Translations under genes and position numbers: made by a program | Notes under the pieces: model-generated | Told to the model about the DNA's origin: nothing | Databases searched by the model: none | The model's input: only the letters and a program-made list of their open reading frames with translations | NCBI GenBank assembly: GCA_963675595.2 | Contig: CAXXLZ010000001.1 | Coordinates: 512,001-576,000 of the forward strand | Source: Thermodesulfobacteriota bacterium | GTDB taxonomy: Bacteria > Desulfobacterota > Desulfarculia > JACQYL01 | Reading direction: 5' to 3' | Length of the DNA: 64,000 bases | Shown here: piece by piece, positions 9,036 to 19,420 of the stretch | How positions within the stretch are numbered: position 1 is the stretch's first letter | Layout of the letters: each line of letters starts with the position of its first letter

Positions 9036-9796
9036 ACCATGTCTTCTTTGCCCCAGTAGCATTCCTTGACCCGGGGGTCGCAAATGACGTCCTTAGGGAG
9101 TCCGTCGCAAATCAGGCTGCCTTCGTTGATGACGCACAGACGTTCCACGAGGTCCGTCAACTTGGAAATCTTGTGTTCGATGATCACAATGGCGAACTTG
9201 CCGATCAGTTTGCGGATCACGGCGCTGATGTGGTCGATGTCCACCAGGCTCAATCCGGCAAACGGCTCATCCAGGAGGAGCACTTTTGGATTGAGCGAAA
9301 GAGCGATGGCGATCTCCATCTCCCGCTTCTCGCCGTAGGAGAGGTCCGATGTGCGGATGTTCGCCTTCCGAGCGATGCCGAGAGCGTCCAGGGCCTGGAG
9401 ACATTCCTCTTCGAGTTCTTTGTAGCGTGCGTTCTTGAAGAAGAACCGGGCCTTGGAGGCATAGTCCCTGCCCTGACGGACCCGGGCCAGCATCATATTT
9501 TCGAGCACGCTCATTTCGTTGAACACGGAAACAAGCTGAAACGTCCTGGCGATGCCCAGCATCACCCGTTGGTGAGGGGGCATTCGGGTGATGTCCTCGT
9601 CATGGAAAAACACCCGGCCCTCGGTGGGAATGAAATACCCTGTGAGCAGGTTGAAGAAGGTGGATTTTCCCGCGCCGTTGGGGCCGATGATGCCCGCGAC
9701 TTCTCCTTCATGCACCTGGTAGGTGATTTGGTTGACTGCGACCAGGCCGTCGAATCGTTTGGTCGCGCCTTTGGTGGACAGAATGCGCCTTGCCAT
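9026..9796 (-). CDS. livG: ABC transporter ATP-binding protein (LivG-like)
   Basis: GPNGAGKST, GIARTFQ, LSYGEKR, LLLDEPFAG, IEH. Confidence 0.92.
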   Translation of the reverse strand: MARRILSTKGATKRFDGLVAVNQITYQVHEGEVAGIIGPNGAGKSTFFNLLTGYFIPTEGRVFFHDEDITRMPPHQRVMLGIARTFQLVSVFNEMSVLENMMLARVRQGRDYASKARFFFKNARYKELEEECLQALDALGIARKANIRTSDLSYGEKREMEIAIALSLNPKVLLLDEPFAGLSLVDIDHISAVIRKLIGKFAIVIIEHKISKLTDLVERLCVINEGSLICDGLPKDVICDPRVKECYWGKEDMVCY

Positions 9797-9852
9797 GAAT
9801 CGTGGTCCGTTTCGGGTGGGACCGGGGAAGCCCCCGGTCCGTTCCGGTTCCG

Positions 9853-9958
9853 GCAGGCCGTTGAAAAACGTGCTTCGCGAGTTGCGCCTCGTCCCCCGTC
9901 ACCGCAACTTGGAGACTCGCGCGTGCTGCCTTGATCCGCTCGTTTTTCGCCGGCCTGC
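9853..9958 (+). repeat. Family-2 MITE/REP-like element with terminal inverted repeats
   Basis: GCAGGCCGTTGAAAAACG ... CGTTTTTCGCCGGCCTGC; internal GTTGCGC..CGTCAC shared with copies at 47048 and 57799. Confidence 0.75.
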
Positions 9959-9984
9959 AATCATCCGACCGTCTCAATCAGGTG

Positions 9985-11235
9985 TTAGTAGCCTTCGGTC
10001 GACAGCTTGGGCAGGTAGTCGTCGCCCGTGTAGGCGCCGATGACCTTCACCAGGTCCCATTCGCTCTTGCGATCCTGGGGACCCTTACCCACGACCACAA
10101 AGGCGCCGTATTTGAAAATGGGCTGGTGATCGATGCGCCACTTGCCGGGACCTTTCATGGACGGGAATTCCGGGTTGTCCATGATCGCCTTGGCGACGGC
10201 TTCCGGATCGGTGGACTGGGCCAGCTCGATGCCCCGCACCAGCTCCTTGGCGCCCACATAGGCCATGCCCGCGTAGGGATCCGGCGGCTCGCCGTAGGCC
10301 GTCATGTACTTGTCGACGAAAGCCTTTCCGGCCTTGACCACTTCGGCGTCTTCGAAGCCTTCCATGTTCCAGTACCAGGACATGAGTGAGTAGACACCCT
10401 CAAGGGCTTCGGCGGGCACACCGCTGCCGAACACGTTGGTCATCCAGTTGAACCATATCTTGGTCTTCTTGTTCAGGCCCAATTCGTAAGCCTGCTTCAG
10501 CACCGAAATGGCGCCGGTGCCCCACTGAGCCATCATGACGATTTCGGGTTCCGCTTCCGCGATCTTCTGCAGGTAGGGAGTGTAGTCCGTGGTCTTTACC
10601 GGGGCTTCGTCATAGGTCGCTTCGATGCCGTACTTGGCGAAAGCGTCTTTGGCGCCCGCATACTGATCCCTGCCGAAAGAATAGGCCGGGGCGAAGAAGT
10701 AGACTTTTTTCAGTTTGAATTCAGAGGCGATGTAAGCCGCTCCGGAGTAACCGATGGAGTAGGCCGTGCCGTGAATGCCGAAGGTCGTGGGCGCCAGGTT
10801 GCCCTTTTCGAACATGTCCATGGGAGCCACACAGGCGGAAATGTAGGGAATGGGCTGATTGCGAACCTGGTTGTTCAATGCCTTGGCGATACCCGCGAAG
10901 GTGGAACCCACCAATCCGTGGACCTTTTCATCGTTACGCAGTTCCTTGAATCGACGGACCGCCACGTCGCCTTTGGTTTCGTCGTCCTTGACCACGGCTT
11001 CGAGGGGAATCATCTTGCCGCCGAGCTTCACTCCGCCGGCCGCGTTGACCTCGTCGATGGCGAGTTGGGCGCCTTTCATCTGAACCGGGCCGATGGGCGA
11101 GGCCGGACCGGTCAAGCCGAACATGAGACCGATCTTGATCTTGTCCGGCGTTTCCGCGGGCGCCGGGCTTGGAAGGGCGAACATCAGCCCCAACATGGTC
11201 ACACACACCACAAGCAAACTCATTTTCTTCAGCAT
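9985..11235 (-). CDS. ABC transporter substrate-binding protein (LivK/Peripla_BP_6 type)
   Basis: Signal peptide; IKIGLMFGLTG, AIDEVNAAGGV, DYTPYLQKI. Confidence 0.9.
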   Translation of the reverse strand: MLKKMSLLVVCVTMLGLMFALPSPAPAETPDKIKIGLMFGLTGPASPIGPVQMKGAQLAIDEVNAAGGVKLGGKMIPLEAVVKDDETKGDVAVRRFKELRNDEKVHGLVGSTFAGIAKALNNQVRNQPIPYISACVAPMDMFEKGNLAPTTFGIHGTAYSIGYSGAAYIASEFKLKKVYFFAPAYSFGRDQYAGAKDAFAKYGIEATYDEAPVKTTDYTPYLQKIAEAEPEIVMMAQWGTGAISVLKQAYELGLNKKTKIWFNWMTNVFGSGVPAEALEGVYSLMSWYWNMEGFEDAEVVKAGKAFVDKYMTAYGEPPDPYAGMAYVGAKELVRGIELAQSTDPEAVAKAIMDNPEFPSMKGPGKWRIDHQPIFKYGAFVVVGKGPQDRKSEWDLVKVIGAYTGDDYLPKLSTEGY

Positions 11236-11328
11236 GCCTTTTCCTCCCTTTTGATTGTCGGTACTTCCGACCCCGCGCCCTCACCCCTGGGGGCTCGGAG
11301 TTTCTCATCCGTCGGACGGCCTGGAATT

Positions 11329-13725
11329 CTATTCCTTCGGCGGGCCTCCGGCCTCCCTGATGGCCCGGAAGACCCTCTCCGGGTCGGCGGGCAAAGAGCG
11401 CACCCGCCCTCCGCAGGCGTCGGCTATGGCGTTGATGATGGCCGGAGTCGCCGGAATATTGGGCATTTCCCCGATCCCCTTCGCGCCAAAGGGACCGTAT
11501 TTGTTCTGAACTTCCAAAATGATGGGCTTGATGTCCGGGACGTCCAGCGTCGTGGGAATCAGGTAGTTCTGGAGACTGAGATTCTGGATGAATCCCTGGT
11601 CCATGACGATTTCTTCCATGAGGGCGTATCCCAGCCCCATGGCGACGCCGCCCTCGATCTGGCCTTCCACTGCCTTGGGGTTGATGGCCTTGCCCACGTC
11701 GAATGCCGCAACGTAATCGGTGATCTCGACTTCGCCGGTTTCCACGTCCACGATGACTTCGGCCATGTGCGTGGAATAGGTGTACACGAAATAAGGGCTT
11801 CCCTGTCCCGTCTCGGGGTCCAAAGTCGCCTTGGGCGGCGCCCACCATCCCTGGCCGATCAGTCTTCTTCCCGTGGCCATGGCGCGCGCGGCCACGGTCC
11901 TAAACTCCGCGCACGTCTTGGGGTTTTCTCGGTCATAAACCAGGCGATCCCGGGATTCGAGGCGTTCCACAGGTACCTGGAGCATCTCGGAAGCGGTCTC
12001 GAGAATGGACTCCTTCACCTGGCGGGCGGCCAAAATGATGGCATTCCCCATGAGGGTGGTGGAACGGCTTCCCACCGTTGGGCCCGATTCCGGGACCACA
12101 TCGGTGTCCGGGCGGACAAGACGTACGTCCTCCATGTGCACGCCGAGTTCCTCGGCACAGATCTGGGGAAGCACCGTAAAGGCGCCTTGGCCCATCTCCG
12201 TGATCCCCGAGTAGAGGAGCACGGAACCGTCTTCGTGCACGTAAACGTTGGCTCCGCAGCCGTCTCCTCCGGTGCCGATACTGGTGCGGTACCATCCCAT
12301 GCCGATACCCACGCCGCGACGTTTGGTCTTCTCCTTGTCCACGTACCCTGTGCGTTGGGTCTTTCCGTCCCAGTCGAAAGTCTTGGCGCAGGCTTCCAGC
12401 GTGTCTCTCAGCCCGACGCTTTGGTCCAGGACCTGGCCCGTAGCCGTGGTCGAGCCTTCTATGAAAGCGTTCTTTCTGCGAATCTCCAAGGGGCTCATTC
12501 CCAATTCCGCCGCGAGTTCGTCCATGAGCTGTTCATGAGCGATGTGGACCTGGGGCGCCCCGAAGCCGCGCATGGCGCCGCCGTAGGGATGGTTGGTGTA
12601 GCAGAGATACGCGTCCACCGTGACGTTGGGAATTTCGTACGGACCGGCCATCATGACCATGGAGTGTACGTGGGAACCCCCGGCCGGCGGTATCTTGGGC
12701 CCCAGGCCCGCGTAGGCGCCCTGTTCGTCGTAGATTACGCCTTGGAACGCCTCGATGGTTCCGTCCTTCTTGGCCCCGATCTTGATGTGCATGATCATGG
12801 GATGACGTTTGCACGTCTGGAGCGTGACTTCTTCACGCTCGAGGGCCATGCGCACGGGACGGCCCGTGTGATAGGCGAGAAGGGCGGCTCTGCAGCACAG
12901 GTCGATGGGAGAGTCTTCCTTGCCTCCGAACCCTCCGCCCATGTGAATCTGTCTCGCCCTCACCTGGTTGATGGGAATTCCCAGAACAGGGGCCACGTTC
13001 CGTCTGACGGTGAAGGGAGCCTGCATGGGACCTTCAACCAGCATGGTGCCGTCGTCCTGGGGTACGGCCATGGCAACGTCCGGTTCGAGGTAGGCATGCT
13101 CCAGGAACGGAACCTGGTAGGTCCTTTCCAGAATCACTTCCGCTTCGGCGAACCCCTTTTCCACGTCTCCTTTCCGGAGCTTGTCATAGGAGAGGATGTT
13201 CCCTTTTTCATGAATCTTGGGAGCGTCCTCCTTCATGGCGTCTCTGGGGTCGAAAACGGCCGGCAGGGGTTCGTACTCCACATCAATGAGCCGCAAGGCC
13301 TCGTTGGCGATGGACTCCGCTTCCGCGGCCACCAGCGCCACACCGTCGCCGACGTAGCGGACCTTGTCGCCGCAGATCACGGGCTGGTCCGGCAGGATGG
13401 CGCCGAAACCGTTTCGACCGGGAACGTCCTGCGCCGTGAGCACGACCACCACTCCGGGCAGGGCCCGAGCTTTTTCCACGTTGATGGATTTGATGAGAGC
13501 GTGAGGATAAGGGCTCCGGAGAATCTTGCCGTGCAGGAAACCCTCCTTGGGATAATCGGCGCCGTACATCAGCTTGCCGGTCACCTTGAGCGGGTCGTCG
13601 GTACGGATGACGGAAGTACCCGCCAATGCCTTGGAGGTTTCCGGTGTTTTGATGAGATGGTCGAGTTTGATCTTCTCTCTGGTGAGGACCCTGACTCCCC
13701 TTTTGTCTTCCGTTTTGTCCAACAT
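11329..13725 (-). CDS. Xanthine dehydrogenase family molybdopterin-binding (large) subunit
   Basis: KVTG..Y..D, HAYLEP, GGGFGGK, KRHP, AMRGFGAPQ, EMGQG, GSRST, GQIEGG, GAKGIGE. Confidence 0.95.
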   Translation of the reverse strand: MLDKTEDKRGVRVLTREKIKLDHLIKTPETSKALAGTSVIRTDDPLKVTGKLMYGADYPKEGFLHGKILRSPYPHALIKSINVEKARALPGVVVVLTAQDVPGRNGFGAILPDQPVICGDKVRYVGDGVALVAAEAESIANEALRLIDVEYEPLPAVFDPRDAMKEDAPKIHEKGNILSYDKLRKGDVEKGFAEAEVILERTYQVPFLEHAYLEPDVAMAVPQDDGTMLVEGPMQAPFTVRRNVAPVLGIPINQVRARQIHMGGGFGGKEDSPIDLCCRAALLAYHTGRPVRMALEREEVTLQTCKRHPMIMHIKIGAKKDGTIEAFQGVIYDEQGAYAGLGPKIPPAGGSHVHSMVMMAGPYEIPNVTVDAYLCYTNHPYGGAMRGFGAPQVHIAHEQLMDELAAELGMSPLEIRRKNAFIEGSTTATGQVLDQSVGLRDTLEACAKTFDWDGKTQRTGYVDKEKTKRRGVGIGMGWYRTSIGTGGDGCGANVYVHEDGSVLLYSGITEMGQGAFTVLPQICAEELGVHMEDVRLVRPDTDVVPESGPTVGSRSTTLMGNAIILAARQVKESILETASEMLQVPVERLESRDRLVYDRENPKTCAEFRTVAARAMATGRRLIGQGWWAPPKATLDPETGQGSPYFVYTYSTHMAEVIVDVETGEVEITDYVAAFDVGKAINPKAVEGQIEGGVAMGLGYALMEEIVMDQGFIQNLSLQNYLIPTTLDVPDIKPIILEVQNKYGPFGAKGIGEMPNIPATPAIINAIADACGGRVRSLPADPERVFRAIREAGGPPKE

Positions 13726-13762
13726 GGGACCTTCCCCTTCTGCAAACCGGATGGTCGTGCGG

Positions 13763-14260
13763 TTAATTCTGATCCTGTTTCACCCGGGCGGCGGTCTTCA
13801 CCGCCTCGATGATCTTCCGGTATCCCGTGCACCGGCACAACACTCCGGACAGGGCGTGACGAATCTCATCCTCCGTGGGATTCGAATTGCGATCCAGGAG
13901 GGCTTTGGCGTTGAGAATCATTCCCGGAGTGCAGAAGCCGCATTGAGCGGCGCCTTCGGCCATGAAGGCCTGTTGAAGCACGTCCAAGGCGCCGTCGTCT
14001 TTCTCCAGTCCTTCGATGGTGACGACTTCCTTGCCCTGGACCTTGAACGCCGGCAGCAGACAGGAGTTGACCGGCGTCCCGTCGAGCAGCACGGTGCACA
14101 CACCGCATTCACCTTCCCGGCAGCCGACCTTGGTCCCGGTCAGTCCGAATTCCTCGCGCAGGAGGTCTACCAACAAAGTCTCCACCGGAATGGTTACGGT
14201 CAGCGACTTACCGTTCAGTTTGAAAGAAAGCTTGGCCATGCTCATTGCTGAATTCCTCAT
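13763..14260 (-). CDS. Xanthine dehydrogenase family (2Fe-2S) small subunit
   Basis: GTKVGCREGECGVCTV, SCL, QCGFCTPG, LCRCTGY; ATGA overlap with the upstream gene. Confidence 0.95.
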   Translation of the reverse strand: MRNSAMSMAKLSFKLNGKSLTVTIPVETLLVDLLREEFGLTGTKVGCREGECGVCTVLLDGTPVNSCLLPAFKVQGKEVVTIEGLEKDDGALDVLQQAFMAEGAAQCGFCTPGMILNAKALLDRNSNPTEDEIRHALSGVLCRCTGYRKIIEAVKTAARVKQDQN

Positions 14261-15180
14261 TCGATGGGGCAGCCCGCTTGTTCCAGAGCCGCTTTGAGTC
14301 CGCGTTTCACGAAAACCTTGGTCATCTCCTGCCGATATTCACAGGAGCCTCGAAGCAGGCTGTCCCGTGGGCTGCATTGGGCGGAGGCGGACGCCATGGC
14401 CTTTTCGATGGTTTCCCTATCGACGGGCGTTCCCCGCAGGATGGCCTCGGTGTGGATTTCGCGGAAAGGAGTGGGCGCCACGGGTCCCAAAGCCAACGCC
14501 GCGCTTTCGATGGTCTTCCGATCTTGGCTCACCCGGACCTTTACCGCGCAAACCAGGATGGGAAGGGTCAAGGCTCTACGTTTACTGAGCCTGAGGTAGC
14601 ACCCTCCCTCGTTGTCGCCCAGTCCCTGGAATTCGATGCGGGTAATGATCTCCTTGGTGGGGTCCACGGCGGTGACGCCTTTGTCGAAAAAGAACTCGGT
14701 CAACGGGACCACTCGTTCCCCGTCGGCGGAAGTCACGACCACGCGTGCGTCCAGAGCCAGGAGGGGAATGCTTGTGTCCGCCGCGGGTTGCGCGCTGACC
14801 AGATTTCCCGCGGGAGTGGCCACGTTGCGGATTTGGGGAGACCCCACCCATCCGGCGCCGTCGGCCAACAAACCGGCTTTTTGCCGGATCAACCGGGAAG
14901 AAGCCACCTGAGCGTGCGTTACGGCGCCTCCCAGGGAGATCGTTCCGTCGGTTTCATGAATCTCATTCATTCCGGGAATACCGGTGATGTCCACCAAGGC
15001 GTCGATCTCAAGCTTCCTCGAGCGAAGTTCGGGAATGATGTCCGTACCCCCGGCGATGACCTTGGCGTTACCTTTGTACTTCTCCAACATCTCCACAGCC
15101 TCGGCCGCTCGTTTCGGCTGGAGATACTCCTTGATCTTGATGTCGTTGGACCAGTGAAGGTCCCTGAACGCTAACGGCAT
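14257..15180 (-). CDS. Xanthine dehydrogenase family FAD-binding (medium) subunit
   Basis: IAGGTDII, VGSPQIRNVATPAGN, PAAD, GPVAPTP, SCEYR; ATG at 15180 with GAGGG RBS. Confidence 0.93.
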   Translation of the reverse strand: MPLAFRDLHWSNDIKIKEYLQPKRAAEAVEMLEKYKGNAKVIAGGTDIIPELRSRKLEIDALVDITGIPGMNEIHETDGTISLGGAVTHAQVASSRLIRQKAGLLADGAGWVGSPQIRNVATPAGNLVSAQPAADTSIPLLALDARVVVTSADGERVVPLTEFFFDKGVTAVDPTKEIITRIEFQGLGDNEGGCYLRLSKRRALTLPILVCAVKVRVSQDRKTIESAALALGPVAPTPFREIHTEAILRGTPVDRETIEKAMASASAQCSPRDSLLRGSCEYRQEMTKVFVKRGLKAALEQAGCPIE

Positions 15181-15332
15181 GGTTCGTCCCTCGTTCCATG
15201 GGGTTCGGGGGCGATGAGTTCGCCCTGTCTTCGTCGTGGTCTGTATTTGGGTTCGTTTCCCCGCCGGCGGAAACACGCCGCTAATGCCGTCGCCGGATTC
15301 CGGCACCGGAAAGCGGCGCTTTTTCGAAAAGG

Positions 15333-16037
15333 TCAGCCTTTACGGTGCATGGAGGCGCTCCCGAGACGTCTTTTCTTCTCGACTTCACGGTCTTGCCGGA
15401 GTCCGGTCCGCAGAACGCATCTACGCATTCTCTCGTTGTGCTCCAATATGGCTTGTTCTGCGGCTTTGGAGTCTCCGGTTCTGAAGGCGCGGTAAACGAG
15501 GAGATGGTCTTCCAGAAGTTCCGGCAGGATCGGGGAGATGTCGCAAAGCAGAGGTCTGGATCGGCTCTTGATGTTTTCGAGGAACTCCTTGAGCATCCAA
15601 TTTCCGGTATTCTCGTAAATGAGCGAATGGAATTCGAAGTCGGTTTCCGAATAGGCCAGGAGGTCTTTGCCGTTCACCGCGGACCGCTGGGCGGTCAGGT
15701 TTGCCTCTATCTTATCCAGAAATTCCGCAGTCACCCTTTTCGCCGCCAATGCGGCGGCCATGGCCTCGAGCCCGCCCCGTACCTGGTAAAGATCGCCCGC
15801 CATCTCCGGCGTCATCTCCGCCATACGCATGCCTTTGTTGGCCACGTAGGTCACAAGACCTTCCTTTTCCAGGTCTTTGAGGGCCTGCCAAACCGGGGTT
15901 CGACTGACTCCCAGCTCTTTGGCCAACCGCTCGACATTGATCCATTTTCCCGATGAGAATCGATGGGAAATGATCATGTTTTTGAGAGTGCGATAGGCCT
16001 GTTCCTTAAGGGTTGTACGCTTGAGCCCAGAGCTCAA
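15333..16037 (-). CDS. GntR-family (FCD) transcriptional regulator
   Basis: wHTH LAKELGVSRTPV..AL..LE.EGLV; FCD DFEFH...GN...H...H; TTG start. Confidence 0.9.
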   Translation of the reverse strand: MSSGLKRTTLKEQAYRTLKNMIISHRFSSGKWINVERLAKELGVSRTPVWQALKDLEKEGLVTYVANKGMRMAEMTPEMAGDLYQVRGGLEAMAAALAAKRVTAEFLDKIEANLTAQRSAVNGKDLLAYSETDFEFHSLIYENTGNWMLKEFLENIKSRSRPLLCDISPILPELLEDHLLVYRAFRTGDSKAAEQAILEHNERMRRCVLRTGLRQDREVEKKRRLGSASMHRKG

Positions 16038-16343
16038 TCCTTGATTCCTTTTGGGTTTGAATGGTGAAGAAAAAACGATGCTATACCCGCCTTACTCATT
16101 GAAGCTTTCTATAAATACACCGGAGAGTCGGGAGGAAGTCAATAAAAATTTGATGAAAATCCGATTATTGGTGAGATTTGTATGAGTTATTTCATGCTTG
16201 CGTGGGAATTGCGGCAGTCGTTATCTTATATAAAATATACCGACCGGAAAACCCGAAATATCGGGGTTTCTATTGATTTCGAAAGATACGGGCCTTGCAG
16301 CTCGAAGCAGGTTTTCTTGGGGAGGGGAGGCGGGGATGGATGA

Positions 16344-17141
16344 CTATCTTGTCGGATTTACCGCCACCCGCAGTTCACGAACAGCGGTCAGATGCTCCAG
16401 CAACCGGCGTGCTTTTTCCGTAATTCTCTCGGTCGCTTCCGCGGGTCCTTCGATGGAAACGGTCACATTGCCGCCGTCGACCTCGGTCTTGGCTCTTGGG
16501 AAGACTTCCACCAGACCGGCTTCCACTTCCGCTGCCAGCCACAGGTCGTCCATTTTCTTCTTGGACTCCGGGGTCGTCCTGAACCGGGGAGAAGCCAGGG
16601 TATGCACAATCAGGTCCACGACTTCGTTGACCCGCAACTTCCGAATGCGCAGCGTCATGTCGTAAAGCTGTGCGTCACGGACGTCGATCCCGTAAAGGTG
16701 AAGCCCCCAGTTTCGTTTTGCCTCGTCGTTCTTTTCGATGACAATGCGGGCTTGCTCCGGAGAAGCGTTCTTCTTACTCATTTCTTCCTGAATTCGGTCT
16801 TTGAGATCGGCGATGATTCGTACTTTCAGGACGTGCCCGATGCCGCGAACGAAGTGATGTCCCGCCAGGCCGTGGTAGACCACGTTGTCCTCTCGCAAGC
16901 GTCTCAATATGGCCACACGGATATAGGCCACATATTTTTCCTTGCCGGACGAGAAGCGTTCGAATCCGTAGGGAGAGTCGTGGATCCCTCGGATCATGAG
17001 GAATTCCGGGGTCTTGAACTGTTCGGAAGACTCGAGAAGGAGGTCTCTGGAAACGCAGCTGTAGCCCAGACGCTCGGCCACTTTCTCCGCGACTTCTTTT
17101 CCCTTACTGTGGGATCCTTCGGATATGGTGACAACGGACAT
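16344..17141 (-). CDS. Cytidylate kinase-like family protein
   Basis: VVTISEGSHSKGKEVAEKVAERLGY, NVVYHG, LKVRIIA, LYDM. Confidence 0.82.
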   Translation of the reverse strand: MSVVTISEGSHSKGKEVAEKVAERLGYSCVSRDLLLESSEQFKTPEFLMIRGIHDSPYGFERFSSGKEKYVAYIRVAILRRLREDNVVYHGLAGHHFVRGIGHVLKVRIIADLKDRIQEEMSKKNASPEQARIVIEKNDEAKRNWGLHLYGIDVRDAQLYDMTLRIRKLRVNEVVDLIVHTLASPRFRTTPESKKKMDDLWLAAEVEAGLVEVFPRAKTEVDGGNVTVSIEGPAEATERITEKARRLLEHLTAVRELRVAVNPTR

Positions 17142-17561
17142 GATTCCATTCCAAGATACGAGTGCGCGTGTCTAAAAACGAACAGCCAAGATGTACCCAA
17201 TACCCGAACTTACTTCAAAACACCATCTTATACCACTCCGCAACGCTTGAGGAAAGAGCGGAGGCGGCTCATGAACGGCCGCTCGGAGTGCGGGCTCCGC
17301 CGCCTCAAGAATCCCTATGGTCCAACAGACCCGAAAGCATGGAGGCCGGCCGGGAGCTCGTACCGACCTGCTGAAAACACGGTATTGTGAATCCGAGAAA
17401 ATTATATGAACAAACGAGACGGCGCTCAGGAAGGCGTTGCCTATGAAGCGTTTCTCTACGGAAGCGCCGGTCGCCTCGTGTCCGTGGACCTCGCGCCTCC
17501 GCCGGGCGATTGCCACGGTGAATCTTTTTCCCTACACTGCAGGGGAAAGGAGTAACGGAGT

Positions 17562-19301
17562 ATGAGTGATTTGGTCATTGTTTCCAACCGCGGGCCTTTC
17601 AGCTTTTCCGAGGCCGCTTTAAGCTCCGCCCGGGATCGATTGGACCGAGGGATGGCTCCGGAAGACCCGCGATTCGGAGAAGGCGGACTGGTACGCGCCA
17701 TGGCGGGTTTGCTGAAAAAGTTCGGCCACTGGCAACCATCCTGGATCGGAGCCTCCATGGGCGACCGGGATATCGATGTGGCTCGAGGGCATTACTCGGG
17801 TCTCTTCCGCAGGATGGTCGAGGAAGGGCACGCGCCGGATCGGTTCCCGCTCATTGAAATCGATCCGGACAACCGGATGCGCTTCAGATATCGCGCCTAC
17901 GATTTCCACCTGAGGTTCGTGTTTTTCGACACCCGACACATGCACAGTTATTACAGCAAGTTCGCCAACGGATTCCTATGGCCCTTGATGCACCTGACCC
18001 GGGAGCCTCTGTTCTACAAAAAGACACGGATCTTTCCCAAACCGCGTTTCGAGAAAAATGATTTCGTCCAGTATACAAGCAGCGGCGTGACCTTCGCCAA
18101 TACGATCCTTGATGAAATCCAGCGAGGAGAGGAGATTCGGGGAAACAACCGGGACGTGGTGGTCTGGTTGCAGGATTATCATCTTCTTCAGGTTTCGGAG
18201 GTTTTCAAGTCGTTATTGGTGGAGGAGGGGCTCGCTTCTTCAGACCGAAAACGTATTCACGTGGGACAGTTCATCCACACCCCGTTGTTCAATATCCATG
18301 AAATCCAGGGGCTCATTCGAGAGGACAAAAGGGCCAGGGTGAAGACCCGTTTCGACGAGCCCTTCGGCGAAAACATCGAGGATGTGCTTCAGAGGCTGGT
18401 CTGGGGGATGCTGAGCAACGATTTCGTGGGTTTTCAAACCAAGGAATACTGCGATCACTTCTTGGAAACCCTGCAGGAATGGTTTCCCGTGGATATCCGT
18501 GTGTCCGGCGGGTATTACGTGGTGAGCCGACGGAACCGGAAGACCGCCGTGGGGGCGCTTCCCATTGGACTCGATGTGGAATCCATTCTTTCGGAGGTGA
18601 CCCACGAAAAACGGTTGGAGTTTGAATTGGAGGGACGACCGCTGATCGAGAACATCGAGGCGGATCGGGACAAGGGGCTCCTCATTTTCGGCGGCCTTGA
18701 ACGTTGCGACTATACCAAAGGCTTGATTCAGCGGATCGGGGTGTTCAAGCACTCCTGGGCCGGCTTGCGGCGAGAGGGAAAACAGGCCAGGTTCTATCAA
18801 GTCACCGCGCCCAGCAGGTCGGATATTCCGGAGTATAGACAGCTGAACGCCATCGTGGATGAAGAGGTGGAGGCATTGAACCGGCACATGGAGGACCATG
18901 TGGTGATCCGGATCGATGAAGGTATCCCGGCGCCTCAGAACTACCGGTTCATGAAAGAGATGGACGTGATGCTCGTCACCCCCCTGGAAGACGGGATGAA
19001 TCTGGTGGCCTTCGAGTACATTCTCTCCCAGAAGTACAAGCGCCCGGAAGAAAGGGGACTTCTGGTCCTGAGCATGTGCGGGGCTTCGAGAGTCCTTAAG
19101 GAAAGCGGGTTCGGCGAAGAGGACGGCGTGGTCTACATCAATGTGATGAACGTCGAAGACGCGGGCGAAAAGATCGTGGGGGCCCTGAGAGCAGGCCATC
19201 GTATTTCCGAGCGTCTGTTGAATTATGTGGAACGGGACCGCAGGGTGGACAACTGGGCGCAGGAAAACATCGACGCCATTTTGAATGCAGGTAAAGACTG
19301 A
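17562..19301 (+). CDS. Trehalose-6-phosphate synthase family glycosyltransferase (GT20)
   Basis: VSNR, GGLV, YYSKFANGFLWPLMH, QDYHL, FIHTP, ERCDYTKG, DGMNLVAFEY. Confidence 0.88.
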   Translation: MSDLVIVSNRGPFSFSEAALSSARDRLDRGMAPEDPRFGEGGLVRAMAGLLKKFGHWQPSWIGASMGDRDIDVARGHYSGLFRRMVEEGHAPDRFPLIEIDPDNRMRFRYRAYDFHLRFVFFDTRHMHSYYSKFANGFLWPLMHLTREPLFYKKTRIFPKPRFEKNDFVQYTSSGVTFANTILDEIQRGEEIRGNNRDVVVWLQDYHLLQVSEVFKSLLVEEGLASSDRKRIHVGQFIHTPLFNIHEIQGLIREDKRARVKTRFDEPFGENIEDVLQRLVWGMLSNDFVGFQTKEYCDHFLETLQEWFPVDIRVSGGYYVVSRRNRKTAVGALPIGLDVESILSEVTHEKRLEFELEGRPLIENIEADRDKGLLIFGGLERCDYTKGLIQRIGVFKHSWAGLRREGKQARFYQVTAPSRSDIPEYRQLNAIVDEEVEALNRHMEDHVVIRIDEGIPAPQNYRFMKEMDVMLVTPLEDGMNLVAFEYILSQKYKRPEERGLLVLSMCGASRVLKESGFGEEDGVVYINVMNVEDAGEKIVGALRAGHRISERLLNYVERDRRVDNWAQENIDAILNAGKD

Positions 19302-19420
19302 AAATAGGAGAAGAAACAGGACGGCGGGAAGGGCTCGGGCCTCAGGCGTCGAATGATGGGGTGCGGCCTCCCCGAGGAGCTCGCGGGAATTCTTGAACGC
19401 TTCTTGAAGACGTCTTCATA

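Noticed and set aside
10771-13812. 1013-aa + strand ORF
   Set aside because: Antisense shadow of the Mo subunit and binding-protein genes, typical of high-GC codon bias; no motifs.
16958-16967. GTTCGAATCC, tRNA T-loop-like
   Set aside because: Lies inside a coding gene with no cloverleaf context.
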